64,000 nt of DNA, from sequence record MT682710.1; one strand, given 5' to 3'. This DNA comes from Escherichia phage vB_EcoM_FT. This document shows, piece after piece, positions 9,570-24,194 of this stretch (position 1 is the first letter of the stretch; every line of letters begins with the position of its first letter). The notes beneath the pieces were generated by a model that saw only the letters and a list, made by a program, of their open reading frames with translations, was not told the DNA's origin and made no database searches. The position numbers and the translations under genes were made by a program.

Positions 9570-10105
9570 GTTGATCCCAGCTCCTTACTTTCAACGTTTT
9601 TAACTAATTTGACAGAAACTAATTCAGCATCTTGAGTAATCATTACCGGGCCTTCTTCATACTCTTCAAGATATTCTAGAGCTTTCTTTTTAGCTTCTTC
9701 CTTCGTATCAGTTTGAGCATAGATATAAAACATACAACCAGTAATACCTACTACTTTCCACTTAATTTCTTTATCAGTTTTAATTTCAAATTTACTTACA
9801 GAATCATCTTTTTGAACTTCTTCGAAAAAAGAATATTCTAACATATAAGCAATTGAAAATAACGGGCTAACTTTATAGGATTCACCCATTACATCAACAG
9901 CTTTATACCAACAATCATCAATTTCGCGTTTAATGCTAATAACATTTTTCGCAGGATCTATTTTTACTTTAAATGAATTTTCCCCAATAAACTGGGCAAT
10001 TCGTTTATTAGCCCCGCAAGTTTCATTAAAAATATCTTTATATCCAGCTTTAAAGCGATAAACCTTATCTTCTTCAAACCATTCGCTCATTTTCAATTTC
10101 CTCAT
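9563..10105 (-). CDS. hypothetical protein
   Basis: ORF track, 180 aa, preceded by early promoter. Confidence 0.6.
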   Translation of the reverse strand: MRKLKMSEWFEEDKVYRFKAGYKDIFNETCGANKRIAQFIGENSFKVKIDPAKNVISIKREIDDCWYKAVDVMGESYKVSPLFSIAYMLEYSFFEEVQKDDSVSKFEIKTDKEIKWKVVGITGCMFYIYAQTDTKEEAKKKALEYLEEYEEGPVMITQDAELVSVKLVKNVESKELGSTC

Positions 10106-10120
10106 TTGTTTGGTAGAGCT

Positions 10121-10150
10121 ATAATATCACAACTCTACCGTAAAGTAAAC
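10121..10150 (-). promoter_or_regulatory. T4-type early promoter
   Basis: minus-strand GTTTAC, 17 bp, TATTAT. Confidence 0.5.
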
Positions 10151-10152
10151 TA

Positions 10153-10428
10153 TTAAATCGCTTTGAATTCCGCAGTTTGAGATTCAAAGCGAATGTCGCC
10201 TTTGATAACTAGCTCAGCATCAAGACCAAATACGACAATGATATGCGCGGAACCTGGATACAACGTGATGGCAACAGAATCCACCTGGTCTGGAAGCAAA
10301 GTATTCAATACATGAGTCACTTGAGCATGGATTCGAAGCTCAGCTGCATTATCAAGTTTTTCAAACATATTATTAGCGATAATTTGACTAAACACTACTT
10401 CTACGATTTTAGAATAAGTCGGAAACAT
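10153..10428 (-). CDS. hypothetical protein
   Basis: ORF track, 91 aa. Confidence 0.55.
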   Translation of the reverse strand: MFPTYSKIVEVVFSQIIANNMFEKLDNAAELRIHAQVTHVLNTLLPDQVDSVAITLYPGSAHIIVVFGLDAELVIKGDIRFESQTAEFKAI

Positions 10429-10430
10429 AT

Positions 10431-10623
10431 TTACCTCACATAATTTTCTTCAAGCCAATCAATAACATCCAAAGCGTTATCAAAAGTTGAACCATCTACT
10501 CTGTCTTCTGTTTTATAATCAAGAACATCTAAGCCTACTCTTCCATCAACAATAGGCCATAAACAAAATAGATATTTCTTTTCTTTTTCAATTTTATCAC
10601 AAAGACGATAAATCTTTTCTAGG

Positions 10624-10631
<8 letters not shown>
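10431..10631 (-). CDS. hypothetical protein
   Basis: ORF track, 66 aa. Confidence 0.5.
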
Positions 10632-12021
<1,390 letters not shown>

Positions 12022-12025
<4 letters not shown>

Positions 12026-12252
12026 TTATTTTTCTCAACTAATGATTGAATATAATCATATAGGTCTTTAGATGCTTTGCCCCACTTATTTTGATATTCA
12101 TTTTTAAGATTAGCACGTGATTGAGCTAATAAAACATCATTAGTTGGAGGTAAAGATTCTAACCGCTGAATCTGGCGTCCATAAATCATTGCAGCCATCT
12201 CGGATTCATAAATCAATCCTTTGAGATGTTCAAATTGATGCCATGAAATCAT
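12022..12252 (-). CDS. hypothetical protein
   Basis: ORF track, 76 aa. Confidence 0.55.
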
Positions 12253-12548
12253 TTACATTTATCCTCTTTTAACTCTTGACGATAATAACATATCATAGTT
12301 TTCTGGTCATGTACATATCGTTTTACGTCATTAAGCCAAATACGAAATTCCTGAGAATCTTCAAATGGCATACCTACCCAAGCTTTACCATCAATAACTT
12401 TAACTTGCCAAGATAGTTTAGCTTCGTCATATGACTTTATTTGTACAGGCCAATTAGGATGAACTGTTTCTTTCTTTACTTCTAGAGGCTTTGTCGAACA
12501 ACCAACTAGAAGACCAATAGATAATATTACTGCTGATAGTTTAATCAT
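12249..12548 (-). CDS. putative lipoprotein
   Basis: 99 aa; N-terminal signal peptide with lipobox LLVGC. Confidence 0.6.
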   Translation of the reverse strand: MIKLSAVILSIGLLVGCSTKPLEVKKETVHPNWPVQIKSYDEAKLSWQVKVIDGKAWVGMPFEDSQEFRIWLNDVKRYVHDQKTMICYYRQELKEDKCK

Positions 12549-12898
12549 TTAGAAAGGTCCTGGATGTCTTCTGCGAACTTATTGAAGGAGTTGTTGATTT
12601 GTTTTTCAACCAATCCTGGCTTATGAGCCACCACATCCGCCTTCTTTGCATCTTTGCGCAGTTTTTCATTTTCACGCTCAATAGCAGCAATTGCCTCACG
12701 ATTTTTATTATTCATCGCATCAATATAATTATACTGAATTCGCAAATTATTTAATGCTAAGGCGTTTTCATTGGCCGTTTTTGTAATTTCAGTAACTGAT
12801 GTTTCTAATCTTTCTACCTTATTTTTTAAAATAATAGATGTTCCGCCAAATGCTATTACAAGTAATAGCAATCCAGCTGTAAAATTACTTACATGCAT
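12545..12898 (-). CDS. putative membrane-anchored coiled-coil protein
   Basis: 117 aa; N-terminal hydrophobic helix then charged helical region. Confidence 0.55.
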   Translation of the reverse strand: MHVSNFTAGLLLLVIAFGGTSIILKNKVERLETSVTEITKTANENALALNNLRIQYNYIDAMNNKNREAIAAIERENEKLRKDAKKADVVAHKPGLVEKQINNSFNKFAEDIQDLSK

Positions 12899-13395
12899 AA
12901 AGTTTTAATAACCTCTATAATATCGTCTTGAGAAAGACTGTTAATTAAAATATGATGTTCAGCTGGAGATTTAGAAATTTTAAAACATGCCTCAACATCT
13001 TCTGCCATATCCGATGCGCTACGATTTGGATTACTAATCCCAAGGCGGTGTTTTCCCGTCAAAGGATTAACGATGATATAGCATTTACAACTATTGATAT
13101 GAACATTAGGCTGAGTCTGATTAATGAACACTTCACAATCATACTTAGCGAGTTGATTTTCTAAAAAGACTTTCATCTCCTCAACCGCATCGGGAAGCAT
13201 ATCACGGGCTTGCTCAAGACGACGATTTCGATATTCTTTAACGGTCGTTTTCCGCTTGACTTGCTTAGCTAAATCTTTCTTAAGATCGGTGATATATCCA
13301 ACTCGACGATTTCCTTTGAATACAGAAATCCCATCTGTAGTATCACCGTATGCTTCAACGACCATTTCAGTAGTAATAAGCTGCAAATCCATCAT
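12889..13395 (-). CDS. alc: Alc, inhibitor of host transcription
   Basis: 168 aa ORF at T4 alc position and size. Confidence 0.8.
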   Translation of the reverse strand: MMDLQLITTEMVVEAYGDTTDGISVFKGNRRVGYITDLKKDLAKQVKRKTTVKEYRNRRLEQARDMLPDAVEEMKVFLENQLAKYDCEVFINQTQPNVHINSCKCYIIVNPLTGKHRLGISNPNRSASDMAEDVEACFKISKSPAEHHILINSLSQDDIIEVIKTLCM

Positions 13396-13423
13396 AAAGT
13401 CCTCATGTTATGTCAGTAAGACT

Positions 13424-13453
13424 ACTATAACACAACATGAGGGACTTGTAAAC
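13424..13453 (-). promoter_or_regulatory. T4-type early promoter upstream of alc
   Basis: minus-strand GTTTAC, 17 bp, TATAGT. Confidence 0.5.
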
Positions 13454-13456
13454 AGC

Positions 13457-15044
<1,588 letters not shown>

Positions 15045-15052
15045 AATAAAAT

Positions 15053-15066
15053 GGGCCTTGCGGCCC
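15053..15066 (-). other. GC hairpin (GNRA-type loop) between nrdB and denA
   Basis: gggccttgcggccc inverted repeat. Confidence 0.5.
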
Positions 15067-15071
15067 ACTCC

Positions 15072-16250
15072 TTAAAAATATTTTTTAAAACTCATCATAA
15101 CTTTATCATCAACATCATTATCAATCTGTGCAACAAGATAAGATGACAGTTCTACTTCTTGCGGCGCGGATTGAACATTATCAGAATTAAGGTATTCACG
15201 AATCCAAGGATATGGATGTTTAACCGGAGCATCGGTAATTGGGCATGGAAGACCACACTGTTTCATACGAGATACAGTTAAGTAATCAATAAAGCTCCAC
15301 ATGCTATTTGTATTTAATCCAGGAACATCGCCATCTTTAAATAAATGAACTGCCCAATCTTTTTCTTGGCGGTTAACTTCCATGAAAATATCAACTGCTT
15401 CTTGTTCACACTCTTGAGCAATTTTAACCCATTCATCACCATCCGTGCCAAGTTGAAGTTGACGAATAATATATTGTGTACCTTTAAGATGAAGCTGCTC
15501 ATCACGTGCAATGAACTTCATAATCTTGGCATTACCTTCCATGATTTCCATGTTCTTATGGAAGTTAAAGGTACATGCGAAAGATACATAAAAACGAATA
15601 GCTTCCAATGCGTTGATTACATGCAAGCAGAGGTAAAGACATTTCATTAAAGCACGTTTAGCTTCGACTTCTTGTTTAATAGCTCGGTTTAAACGAAAGT
15701 CGGCATCAGGAGATTCTTTAGCTAGTTCTACAAATTCTTTAGCATTTTCCCATTCACGGGTTTTAATCAAAACATCATCATAATAACGTCCAATAGATTC
15801 GGCTCGTTTCATAATAGCTTCATCTAATACAATTTCATCAAATACCTTCGATGGATCAGTATAAAGATTTCGCATGATATGTGTATATGAACGACTGTGA
15901 ATAGTTTCACTAAAAGTCCATGTAGCAACCCATGTATCAAGACTTGGGTCTGAAATTAATGACATAAGTACAGCAGATGGCGCACGACCCTGAATGCTAT
16001 CCAAAAGTGATTGATACTTCAGGTTGTTAGTAAAAATATTTTGCTGGTACTGAGGAAGCTTATTAAACTGTGCAGCATCCATCATTAAGTTTACTTCTTC
16101 GGGACGCCAGAAAAATGATAATTGCTTTTCGGTCAAATCTTCAAAAACTTTATGGCGTTGAATATCATAACGCGCAATACCAAGACCTGAACCAAAAAAC
16201 ATAGGTTCTTTTAAAACATCAACTGGATTTGTATTAAAAACTGTGCTCAT
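15072..16250 (-). CDS. nrdB: ribonucleotide reductase small subunit, intronless
   Basis: 392 aa continuous ORF with diiron RNR R2 character. Confidence 0.95.
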   Translation of the reverse strand: MSTVFNTNPVDVLKEPMFFGSGLGIARYDIQRHKVFEDLTEKQLSFFWRPEEVNLMMDAAQFNKLPQYQQNIFTNNLKYQSLLDSIQGRAPSAVLMSLISDPSLDTWVATWTFSETIHSRSYTHIMRNLYTDPSKVFDEIVLDEAIMKRAESIGRYYDDVLIKTREWENAKEFVELAKESPDADFRLNRAIKQEVEAKRALMKCLYLCLHVINALEAIRFYVSFACTFNFHKNMEIMEGNAKIMKFIARDEQLHLKGTQYIIRQLQLGTDGDEWVKIAQECEQEAVDIFMEVNRQEKDWAVHLFKDGDVPGLNTNSMWSFIDYLTVSRMKQCGLPCPITDAPVKHPYPWIREYLNSDNVQSAPQEVELSSYLVAQIDNDVDDKVMMSFKKYF

Positions 16251-16301
16251 AAATTTTCCACTTAGTTAATAGATAGTGACTCGTCCATGAGTCAAATTAT
16301 A

Positions 16302-18566
16302 TCATAATTTACAGGATGAACAATCTTCAGCTTTTGGAGTTTCTATTTCATAATCATCAGTACCAGAACCATCGCGGGTATTATGATAATAGAAATTTTT
16401 TCCGCCAAAATACCAAAAATACAAAAGGTCATCAATCATTATTGACATTGGAACCTTTCCTTTTGGAAAAATCTGCGGGTCATAATATGTATTCGCCGAA
16501 GCTGATTGACAAACCCATTTCAGCATAATAGCTACCTGTGTAAGATAAGGTTTATTACCTTTCTTAGCTAATTTCCATGTATAATCATAGAGGTCTATGT
16601 TATGCTCAATATTGGGCACGACTTGATTAAAGGAGCCCTCTTTTGATTCTTTAACAGAGACTGGTCCACGTGGAGGCTCGATACCGTTTGTACTGTTAGA
16701 AACTTGGGAAGATGACTCACATGGCATAAGTGCTGATAATGTGCTATTACGGATGCCAAAGAGCTTAAGGTCTTCCCGCAGCGACGACCAGTCACAAACG
16801 TATTTTGGAGCTGCGATTTGGTCAATCTTTTTATTGTACCAGTCGATAGGTAATTCGCCTCGAGACCAACGAGTGTCTGAATAATATTCACAAGGTCCTT
16901 TTTCTTTGGCGAGCTTAATGGATGCTTTAATGAGTCCATACTGTAATCTCTCAAATAGTTCATGTGTTAAATCGTTAGCATCTTCATAAGAAGCAAAGTT
17001 ACTTGCCAGCCAAGCTGCATAGTTAGTAACACCTACACCGAGGTTACGACGCTTTTTAGCTTTTTCTGCTTCAGGAACTGGATATCCTTGGTAATCCAAA
17101 AGATTATCAAGAGCACGAACTTGAACTTCTGCCAATTCATTAATTTTATCTTGGTCTTGCCAGTCAAAATTATCTAGTACGAATGCAGAGAGAGTACACA
17201 ATCCAATTTCAGCATCAGGACTATTCACATCATTTGTTGGAATAGCAATTTCACAGCACAAGTTACTCTGACGAATAGGCGCCTTTTCACGAATAAACGG
17301 AGTATAGTTATTCGTATTATCAATGAACTGCACATAAATCCTTGCGGTTCCTGAACGTTCAGTCATGAGCAATTCAAATAGTTCACGGGCTTTAATACGC
17401 TTTTTACGAATATTAGGGTCTTTTTCTGCTGCTTCGTATAATTCACGGAAACGGTTTTGGTCTTTAAAATAAGAATAATAAAGCTCGCCACCCATTTCAT
17501 GCGGACTGAACAAAGTAATGTAATCGTTCTTTCCGAATCGTTCCATCATCAAATCATTCAGCTGAACACCATAATCCATATGACGAATGCGGTTTTCTTC
17601 TACGCCTTTGTTATTTTTCAAAACGAGAAGATTTTCAACTTCCAAATGCCAAATAGGATAATAAGCAGTAGCAGCGCCGCCACGAATTCCACCCTGTGAG
17701 CATGATTTAACTGCAGTCTGAAAATGTTTCCAAAAAGGAATAACACCAGTATGGCGTACTTCACCCATGCCAATCTTAGAACCTTCAGCACGAATCATAC
17801 CAACGTTAATACCAATTCCAGCGCGTTTAGAGATATATTCAACAATTGAAGCGGAAGCCTTGTTGATAGACTTTAATGAATCACCTGCCTCAATAACAAC
17901 ACATGAACTAAACTGTCGAGTCGGAGTACGACAACCAGCCATAATAGGAGTTGGTAATGAAATCTGTCGAGTAGATACTGCTTCATAAAAACGAATAACG
18001 TGTTTTAATCTATCAACAGGTTCATCTTGATGCAAGGCCATTCCAATAGTCATAAATGCAAACTGTGGAGTTTCATAAATTTGACCAGTGGTTTTATCTT
18101 TAACTAGATATTTTTCTTTTAATTGCATCGCCCCGGAATAAGTAAATTCCATATCCCGTTCGTGCTTAATTTTTGATTCTAAAAATGTAATTTCTTCTGC
18201 TGAATATTTTGACAACAGTTCAGGGTCGTATTTACCTTCATTTACACAGTAAGAAATATGGTCAATAAATGAACGCGGTTCATACTGCCCATAAACATGC
18301 TTACGAAGAGCGAACATTAGACAACGTGCAGCTACATATTGATAATCAGGCTCTTCAACCGAAATAGAATTCGCAGCGGCCTTAATGACAATAGTCTGAA
18401 TATCATCAGTTGTCATTCCATCACGGAGATAAGATTTAATATTTTCATATAATTCATAAGGATCTACTGATGTTCCCTCAGCTGCCCAAGATAAAACTTT
18501 AATAATTTTTTGTGGGTCAAAGCTCTGAGAAACACCACTACTTTTGATAACATTAATTAATTGCAT
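16302..18566 (-). CDS. nrdA: ribonucleotide reductase large subunit
   Basis: 754 aa, class I RNR alpha subunit, length as T4 NrdA. Confidence 0.97.
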   Translation of the reverse strand: MQLINVIKSSGVSQSFDPQKIIKVLSWAAEGTSVDPYELYENIKSYLRDGMTTDDIQTIVIKAAANSISVEEPDYQYVAARCLMFALRKHVYGQYEPRSFIDHISYCVNEGKYDPELLSKYSAEEITFLESKIKHERDMEFTYSGAMQLKEKYLVKDKTTGQIYETPQFAFMTIGMALHQDEPVDRLKHVIRFYEAVSTRQISLPTPIMAGCRTPTRQFSSCVVIEAGDSLKSINKASASIVEYISKRAGIGINVGMIRAEGSKIGMGEVRHTGVIPFWKHFQTAVKSCSQGGIRGGAATAYYPIWHLEVENLLVLKNNKGVEENRIRHMDYGVQLNDLMMERFGKNDYITLFSPHEMGGELYYSYFKDQNRFRELYEAAEKDPNIRKKRIKARELFELLMTERSGTARIYVQFIDNTNNYTPFIREKAPIRQSNLCCEIAIPTNDVNSPDAEIGLCTLSAFVLDNFDWQDQDKINELAEVQVRALDNLLDYQGYPVPEAEKAKKRRNLGVGVTNYAAWLASNFASYEDANDLTHELFERLQYGLIKASIKLAKEKGPCEYYSDTRWSRGELPIDWYNKKIDQIAAPKYVCDWSSLREDLKLFGIRNSTLSALMPCESSSQVSNSTNGIEPPRGPVSVKESKEGSFNQVVPNIEHNIDLYDYTWKLAKKGNKPYLTQVAIMLKWVCQSASANTYYDPQIFPKGKVPMSIMIDDLLYFWYFGGKNFYYHNTRDGSGTDDYEIETPKAEDCSSCKL

Positions 18567-18883
18567 AAGTCCTCAACTTGAAAATCGTCTTTAAACAATC
18601 GGTTAACTATATGAGCTATTATATCACCATGACACGGCTTTGGTTTACATGTGCATCCTAGCCTCATTCCACGTAAAGGCTCTAAATGTGCTTTAGTTAT
18701 TTCTCCGGATTTAATTCGACGTATAAAATCTTTTTTGAATAATTCAATGGCAGCCTCCCGGCTGCCAGCATCTTTACCGACGTAATTTCCCCAAAATGTA
18801 CCGCGGTGAATATTAACATCAAAGTCGGATTTATATTTATTCACTACCTGGCATAGACGGCCCGCGCGGTGATAATTCGTCAT
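18557..18883 (-). CDS. hypothetical Cys/His-motif protein (DUF4326-like)
   Basis: 108 aa; [11 protein letters not shown] motif. Confidence 0.55.
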   Translation of the reverse strand: MTNYHRAGRLCQVVNKYKSDFDVNIHRGTFWGNYVGKDAGSREAAIELFKKDFIRRIKSGEITKAHLEPLRGMRLGCTCKPKPCHGDIIAHIVNRLFKDDFQVEDLCN

Positions 18884-19112
18884 ATTGTTTTTCCGTTAAA
18901 ACAGTAATATCATAGTAACAATCAGAAGAAGTTTTAACTGTAGAAATTTTATTATCAAAATACTCACGAGTCATTTTATGAGTATAATATTTTTTGCCAT
19001 AAATGATAATAGGCTGATTTGGTCCTGGAACTTCTAGCTCACTTGGATTAGGAAGTGTAAAAAGAACTGCACCAGAAGTATCTTTAAATCGTAAAATCAT
19101 ATATCCTCGCAA
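18837..19112 (-). CDS. hypothetical protein
   Basis: ORF track, 91 aa; 47 nt overlap with next ORF. Confidence 0.5.
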   Translation of the reverse strand: MRGYMILRFKDTSGAVLFTLPNPSELEVPGPNQPIIIYGKKYYTHKMTREYFDNKISTVKTSSDCYYDITVLTEKQYDELSPRGPSMPGSE

Positions 19113-19120
19113 TAATAAAA

Positions 19121-19980
19121 TTACACCGCCATTTTTCCTTTAATTGGCGGATGAGATACATAGTTGTTAAGAACAAAATTATGCGGCTTTGCAAATTGAC
19201 TCAACCAAAATACCTGCGATTCTGTGTCCCATTCATCAAATTCATCTGGAAATTTTAATTGTAATTCGCATAAATCCATAGGTTCACGACGTAAAATTTC
19301 TTTACATTGTTCTACGTGATTCATATAGATATGAGTATTACCACCAGAAAATATCAAATCTCCCGGAATAAGATTACACATCTTAGCTACAATATGAACT
19401 AACGCAGCATATGATGCAATATTAAATGGAAGGCCGAGAAAAACATCTACTGATCGTTGATACCACTGCAAATCTAAATAGCCATTACGCACATTAAACT
19501 GATAGAACATATGACAAGGTGGTAATGCCATATATTTAAGTTCAGCTGGATTCCACGCCGACACAATTTGACGCCTATCATTTGGCAGTTTTTTAATACG
19601 ATCAATAACTTCTATAATTTGGTCTACACCACCAAAATCACGCCACTGTTTTCCATAAATTGGACCAAGTTCACCGCTATGGTATCCTAAATCTTTTGCT
19701 TGATTTTCGTAATTTTCATCCCAAACTGTTTTGCCTTGGATTAACGAATCATGTTGAATTAATCGCAAATCATTGACATTTGTGCTTCCCGATAAAAACC
19801 ATATTAGCTCAGCAATGCAAGCTTTCCAGGCGAGCTTCTTAGTTGTTACTGCAGGAAAACCTTTAGTTAAATCCCAGCGTAATTTAGTACCGAACAAAGC
19901 AATTGTTCCTGTGCCTGTTCGGTCATCGGTTTCGTAGCCATTTTCCAGGATATCTTTAATTAAAAATTGGTATTGTTTCA

Positions 19981-19981
<1 letters not shown>
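19121..19981 (-). CDS. td: thymidylate synthase, intronless
   Basis: Start at MKQYQ gives 286 aa as in T4 Td; continuous coding, no group I intron. Confidence 0.95.
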
Positions 19982-21010
<1,029 letters not shown>

Positions 21011-21021
21011 ATTATCTCCTA

Positions 21022-21354
21022 TTAAAAAGGATCAGGAACATATCCGCTAGCTTTAATCATTTTAATTAACGTTAACATTCCTTTGTTAACTGCTCGTGAG
21101 ATTTCATCAAAAACTTCATCACTAAAAAGTTCTAACACGCCCTTCTGAACTTTTAATTTACAGCCAACAATTTCTTCATCGCCTATAGTAAATTCATTAC
21201 CACCAATTCCACCGAAAAACTTAATTACACCAGTTAACTGTCTTCCACGAGAATATGGGTCGTGTGATAAAGTAATATGAGTCACCCCGGGTACAGTTTT
21301 AAATTGGCAGCGAATATTTACTTGTGAAATTCCAGTTACATGAATGTCAGACAT
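21022..21354 (-). CDS. hypothetical protein
   Basis: ORF track, 110 aa. Confidence 0.55.
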   Translation of the reverse strand: MSDIHVTGISQVNIRCQFKTVPGVTHITLSHDPYSRGRQLTGVIKFFGGIGGNEFTIGDEEIVGCKLKVQKGVLELFSDEVFDEISRAVNKGMLTLIKMIKASGYVPDPF

Positions 21355-21364
21355 AATATTTTCC

Positions 21365-21607
21365 TCAAATAGACTTTTTCACAATTTTCCAATCAGCTTT
21401 AAACTGATCGACGTCAGAGTGATAAATCCAAAATCCTGCGCTTTCACCGTCTTCATAAAGCGGACACCCATCACATTCATCTTCCCATCCCATGCCACGT
21501 AAAAGGTGTTCAGCTTTTTCAACAAGTTCAGAATCTTTACCGATGATATTAAAATACCATTTACCTCTAACTTCTGAATCTTTGATGCTCTGGCGTTGTA
21601 ATCTCAT
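21365..21607 (-). CDS. hypothetical protein
   Basis: ORF track, 80 aa. Confidence 0.55.
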   Translation of the reverse strand: MRLQRQSIKDSEVRGKWYFNIIGKDSELVEKAEHLLRGMGWEDECDGCPLYEDGESAGFWIYHSDVDQFKADWKIVKKSI

Positions 21608-21716
21608 TTTATTCTCCTTAGCAAGCTTTAATCAAAAGATATAAACAGACCAACATAACTGCTGCCATAATATAAGGTGCGAACATTTTCTTTTCTCCAT
21701 TAGTTTTGATAGGGTA

Positions 21717-21746
21717 ATAGTATCACACTACTACCCTTCTGTAAAC
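21717..21746 (-). promoter_or_regulatory. T4-type early promoter
   Basis: minus-strand GTTTAC, 17 bp, TACTAT. Confidence 0.5.
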
Positions 21747-22111
21747 TACTTTTTGAAAGTTTTTCGCAAAAGTTCAATGATTTCATCTACATTGTTTTCG
21801 TCAACAATGCAGTGAATTTTTGTTACGCCAGAAACTTTGTCTTTGACTTCATCTTCTTCAGAAGTCGGTTCTTTATACTCACGAAAACAATGAAATTCGT
21901 CTTCACAAACGTTAAAGTAAAAATGCTTTCCATTTGCGCATTCAATGTGTTTTATTACTCTAAATCCATCAACAAAGAAAGCTTCTTTAACTTCAAACCA
22001 TCCGCCATTTTCTTGAATAATTTTAACTATTGCTGAATTAGAACGTGGGCGATAATTAATAAATGTATCAATAAGTCTTGGAACAAGTTCATACTTTTTA
22101 CCGATATACAT
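21746..22111 (-). CDS. hypothetical protein
   Basis: ORF track, 121 aa. Confidence 0.55.
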   Translation of the reverse strand: MYIGKKYELVPRLIDTFINYRPRSNSAIVKIIQENGGWFEVKEAFFVDGFRVIKHIECANGKHFYFNVCEDEFHCFREYKEPTSEEDEVKDKVSGVTKIHCIVDENNVDEIIELLRKTFKK

Positions 22112-22155
22112 TATGTTTTCCTCATTTTAACGGGGCTGTAATAGCCCCTTGATAA

Positions 22156-22386
22156 TTATTGTTCAATCAATCCCATGTAAAATTCTGCGTCTTCAGAATC
22201 CATGCCATCACAATATTCATTAGCCATAAAGCGGGTGAGGTCTTCAAGAGGACCTTCAATGACAATAGAAAAATTGCAATAATTGGGATCATCGTGAATA
22301 CTTGTGATACTAAGTTCAGGATAACGATTACGAATAATTTCTTCGATATATTCAAAATCAACGATGTCAATATCAACTTTAGCCAT
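22156..22386 (-). CDS. hypothetical acidic protein (76 aa)
   Basis: Internal Met of track ORF chosen because early promoter lies upstream of it; SD AGAGGA. Confidence 0.5.
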   Translation of the reverse strand: MAKVDIDIVDFEYIEEIIRNRYPELSITSIHDDPNYCNFSIVIEGPLEDLTRFMANEYCDGMDSEDAEFYMGLIEQ

Positions 22387-22429
22387 ATTATTTTCCTCTT
22401 TAATCATCAGCAGTATTGCCGATAGTTGT

Positions 22430-22459
22430 ATAGTACCATGGAAGGACAAGGATGTAAAC
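22430..22459 (-). promoter_or_regulatory. T4-type early promoter (member of repeated promoter cassette)
   Basis: minus-strand GTTTAC, 17 bp, TACTAT; 40-nt block identical to 39282-39321. Confidence 0.55.
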
Positions 22460-22490
22460 CGTTTTGTGAAAAAATTTTTGAAATAAAAAA

Positions 22491-22509
22491 GGGGACCCTA
22501 GAGGTCCCC
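22491..22509 (-). terminator. intrinsic terminator downstream of gene 32
   Basis: ggggaccc-ta-gaggtcccc hairpin with U-run on mRNA strand. Confidence 0.65.
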
Positions 22510-22531
22510 AATTAATTAGTAATATAATCTA

Positions 22532-23440
22532 TTAAAGGTCATTCAAAAGGTCATCTAGGTCCGTGTCATCAGCACTAGATGAACTGCCAGAGCTTGAGCT
22601 CATAAAATCATCTTCAGTTTTTGTATTGAAGTCATCAACATTGAATGCATCCAAATCATCAGCAACTTTATCAGCTTTCTTAGCAGCAGTTGCAGCGGCA
22701 CCGCCCATCACAGCAGTTCCCATAACTTGACCGAATTTAGTGCTCAGTTCTTCAAACGATTTGAATTTATCTTTAGAAGTCATTTCAGAAAGGTCAACCA
22801 TTTGTTCGAACAGTTCTTTCTGGAAAGATTCATCGTCAATGTTTGGAATCGCAGATTGATTCAGGAATTTAGATTCGTCGTAGTTACTAAATCCAGAAAC
22901 CTGTTTAACTTTCAGTACAAAGTTAGCACCTTCCCACGGACAAGTTACATCAACCGGAGTTTCACCCATTTCAACATCAACCGCAATCATCGCGTTGATT
23001 TTATCCCAGATTTTCTTACCGAAACGATATTTAAATACTTTACCTTCATTTTCTGGAGCAGCTGGGTCTTTTACAACAAGAATATTAGCCCAGTAAGAAG
23101 TTTTACGTTTAACAAGACCATACTCTTTATTGTCAGTGTTGTACAGATCATTTTTACTGATGTATTGACATACTGGGCAAGAATCGTAATCACCGTGGGT
23201 AGATGAACAGTTTTCAATATACCATTTACCATTTTTCTTGAAACCGTGATTTACAAGAATTGCGAATGGTGCTTGTTCATCATTTTTAGACGGAAGAAAA
23301 CGAATTACTGCTTGACCGTTACCCGCATTATCGAGTTTCAGTTTCCACTCGCCTTTATCTTCAGAAGAAAAACCACCTTTATTTCCAGCCAGTTTAGCCA
23401 TTTGTGCAGCGAGTTCAGCAGTAGATTTACGTTTAAACAT
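22532..23440 (-). CDS. 32: single-stranded DNA-binding protein gp32
   Basis: 301 aa, essentially the recalled T4 gp32 sequence ([13 protein letters not shown]...). Confidence 0.97.
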   Translation of the reverse strand: MFKRKSTAELAAQMAKLAGNKGGFSSEDKGEWKLKLDNAGNGQAVIRFLPSKNDEQAPFAILVNHGFKKNGKWYIENCSSTHGDYDSCPVCQYISKNDLYNTDNKEYGLVKRKTSYWANILVVKDPAAPENEGKVFKYRFGKKIWDKINAMIAVDVEMGETPVDVTCPWEGANFVLKVKQVSGFSNYDESKFLNQSAIPNIDDESFQKELFEQMVDLSEMTSKDKFKSFEELSTKFGQVMGTAVMGGAAATAAKKADKVADDLDAFNVDDFNTKTEDDFMSSSSGSSSSADDTDLDDLLNDL

Positions 23441-23500
23441 TTTTATTTCCTTTTTTAATTTAATTAACAGTTGGTGCTATGACGATGTATGACCTCATAG
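23441..23500 (-). promoter_or_regulatory. gene 32 translational operator / autoregulatory leader
   Basis: mRNA leader ends ...UUAAAUUAAAAAAGGAAAUAAAAAUG, the A/U-rich gp32 binding region recalled from T4. Confidence 0.6.
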
Positions 23501-23515
23501 CTGGTCAGTGAGATA

Positions 23516-23542
23516 ATTATAATCTATTTATAATAAGCAATT
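23516..23542 (-). promoter_or_regulatory. overlapping middle (MotA box + TATAAT) and late (TATAAATA) promoter elements for gene 32
   Basis: minus strand reads TTGCTTAT-TATAAATA-GAT-TATAAT. Confidence 0.5.
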
Positions 23543-24194
23543 AATACTTGCAGGATTTCACAGTTTCAATAAAAACTTTTTTAGCTTCCTGTGAATCAAT
23601 ATTTAAAATTTTTCTATAAGCCTTTAACTTTATAGAATAATTATTCCAGACTAAATTATCAGTCTGTTCATCATGTTTATCAATTATATTTAAAAACGAA
23701 TCAAGCAAGATAAACGTCTCAAACGAAATTATGTTCGACTGAAGCAGTTTAAAAATATAACTTGATTGAACTTTTGGATTATATTCAAAGATTTCTTTAA
23801 AAGCAGAAACTTCAACTTTTTTACTAAAATAATAAATGTTGCGAATATCTTCTTCAAACTTAAATTTAATTTGCTTTAAGCGTCCGATATATTCACGATA
23901 AAACACAAGTGCATCAGCGTCAGAGATGTCGCCAATCCAAGCATCTTGGTTAGCAACCAAATTACTTATAAAGATTAAAGCAAGTTCCTTTAATTTATAT
24001 TTTTCTGATAACTTCTGGAAAAAATACTTATCCCTTCGCTTTTGATAAGCGGCATCAGACACCCGCATGCACCAATTATACTTAATAACATCATACTTTC
24101 CATTCATATGTTGTTTTATCATTAAGTATAATTTATAAACTGATTTACCATCAATGTATCTTTCACCACCAGCAGGCATGCGGAGTTTAATCAT
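23541..24194 (-). CDS. 59: helicase loader gp59
   Basis: 217 aa at T4 gene 59 position and length. Confidence 0.9.
   Translation of the reverse strand: MIKLRMPAGGERYIDGKSVYKLYLMIKQHMNGKYDVIKYNWCMRVSDAAYQKRRDKYFFQKLSEKYKLKELALIFISNLVANQDAWIGDISDADALVFYREYIGRLKQIKFKFEEDIRNIYYFSKKVEVSAFKEIFEYNPKVQSSYIFKLLQSNIISFETFILLDSFLNIIDKHDEQTDNLVWNNYSIKLKAYRKILNIDSQEAKKVFIETVKSCKY

Noticed and set aside
16251-16301. nrdA-nrdB spacer as site of a homing endonuclease or intron
   Set aside because: Only about 50 bp; no ORF; both flanking genes are intact.
21746-22111. Possible truncated GIY-YIG homing endonuclease (ORF begins MYIGKK)
   Set aside because: Only a YIG tripeptide is present; no GIY element, no conserved Arg/Glu/Asn spacing, and the ORF is too short. 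Coincidence is more likely.
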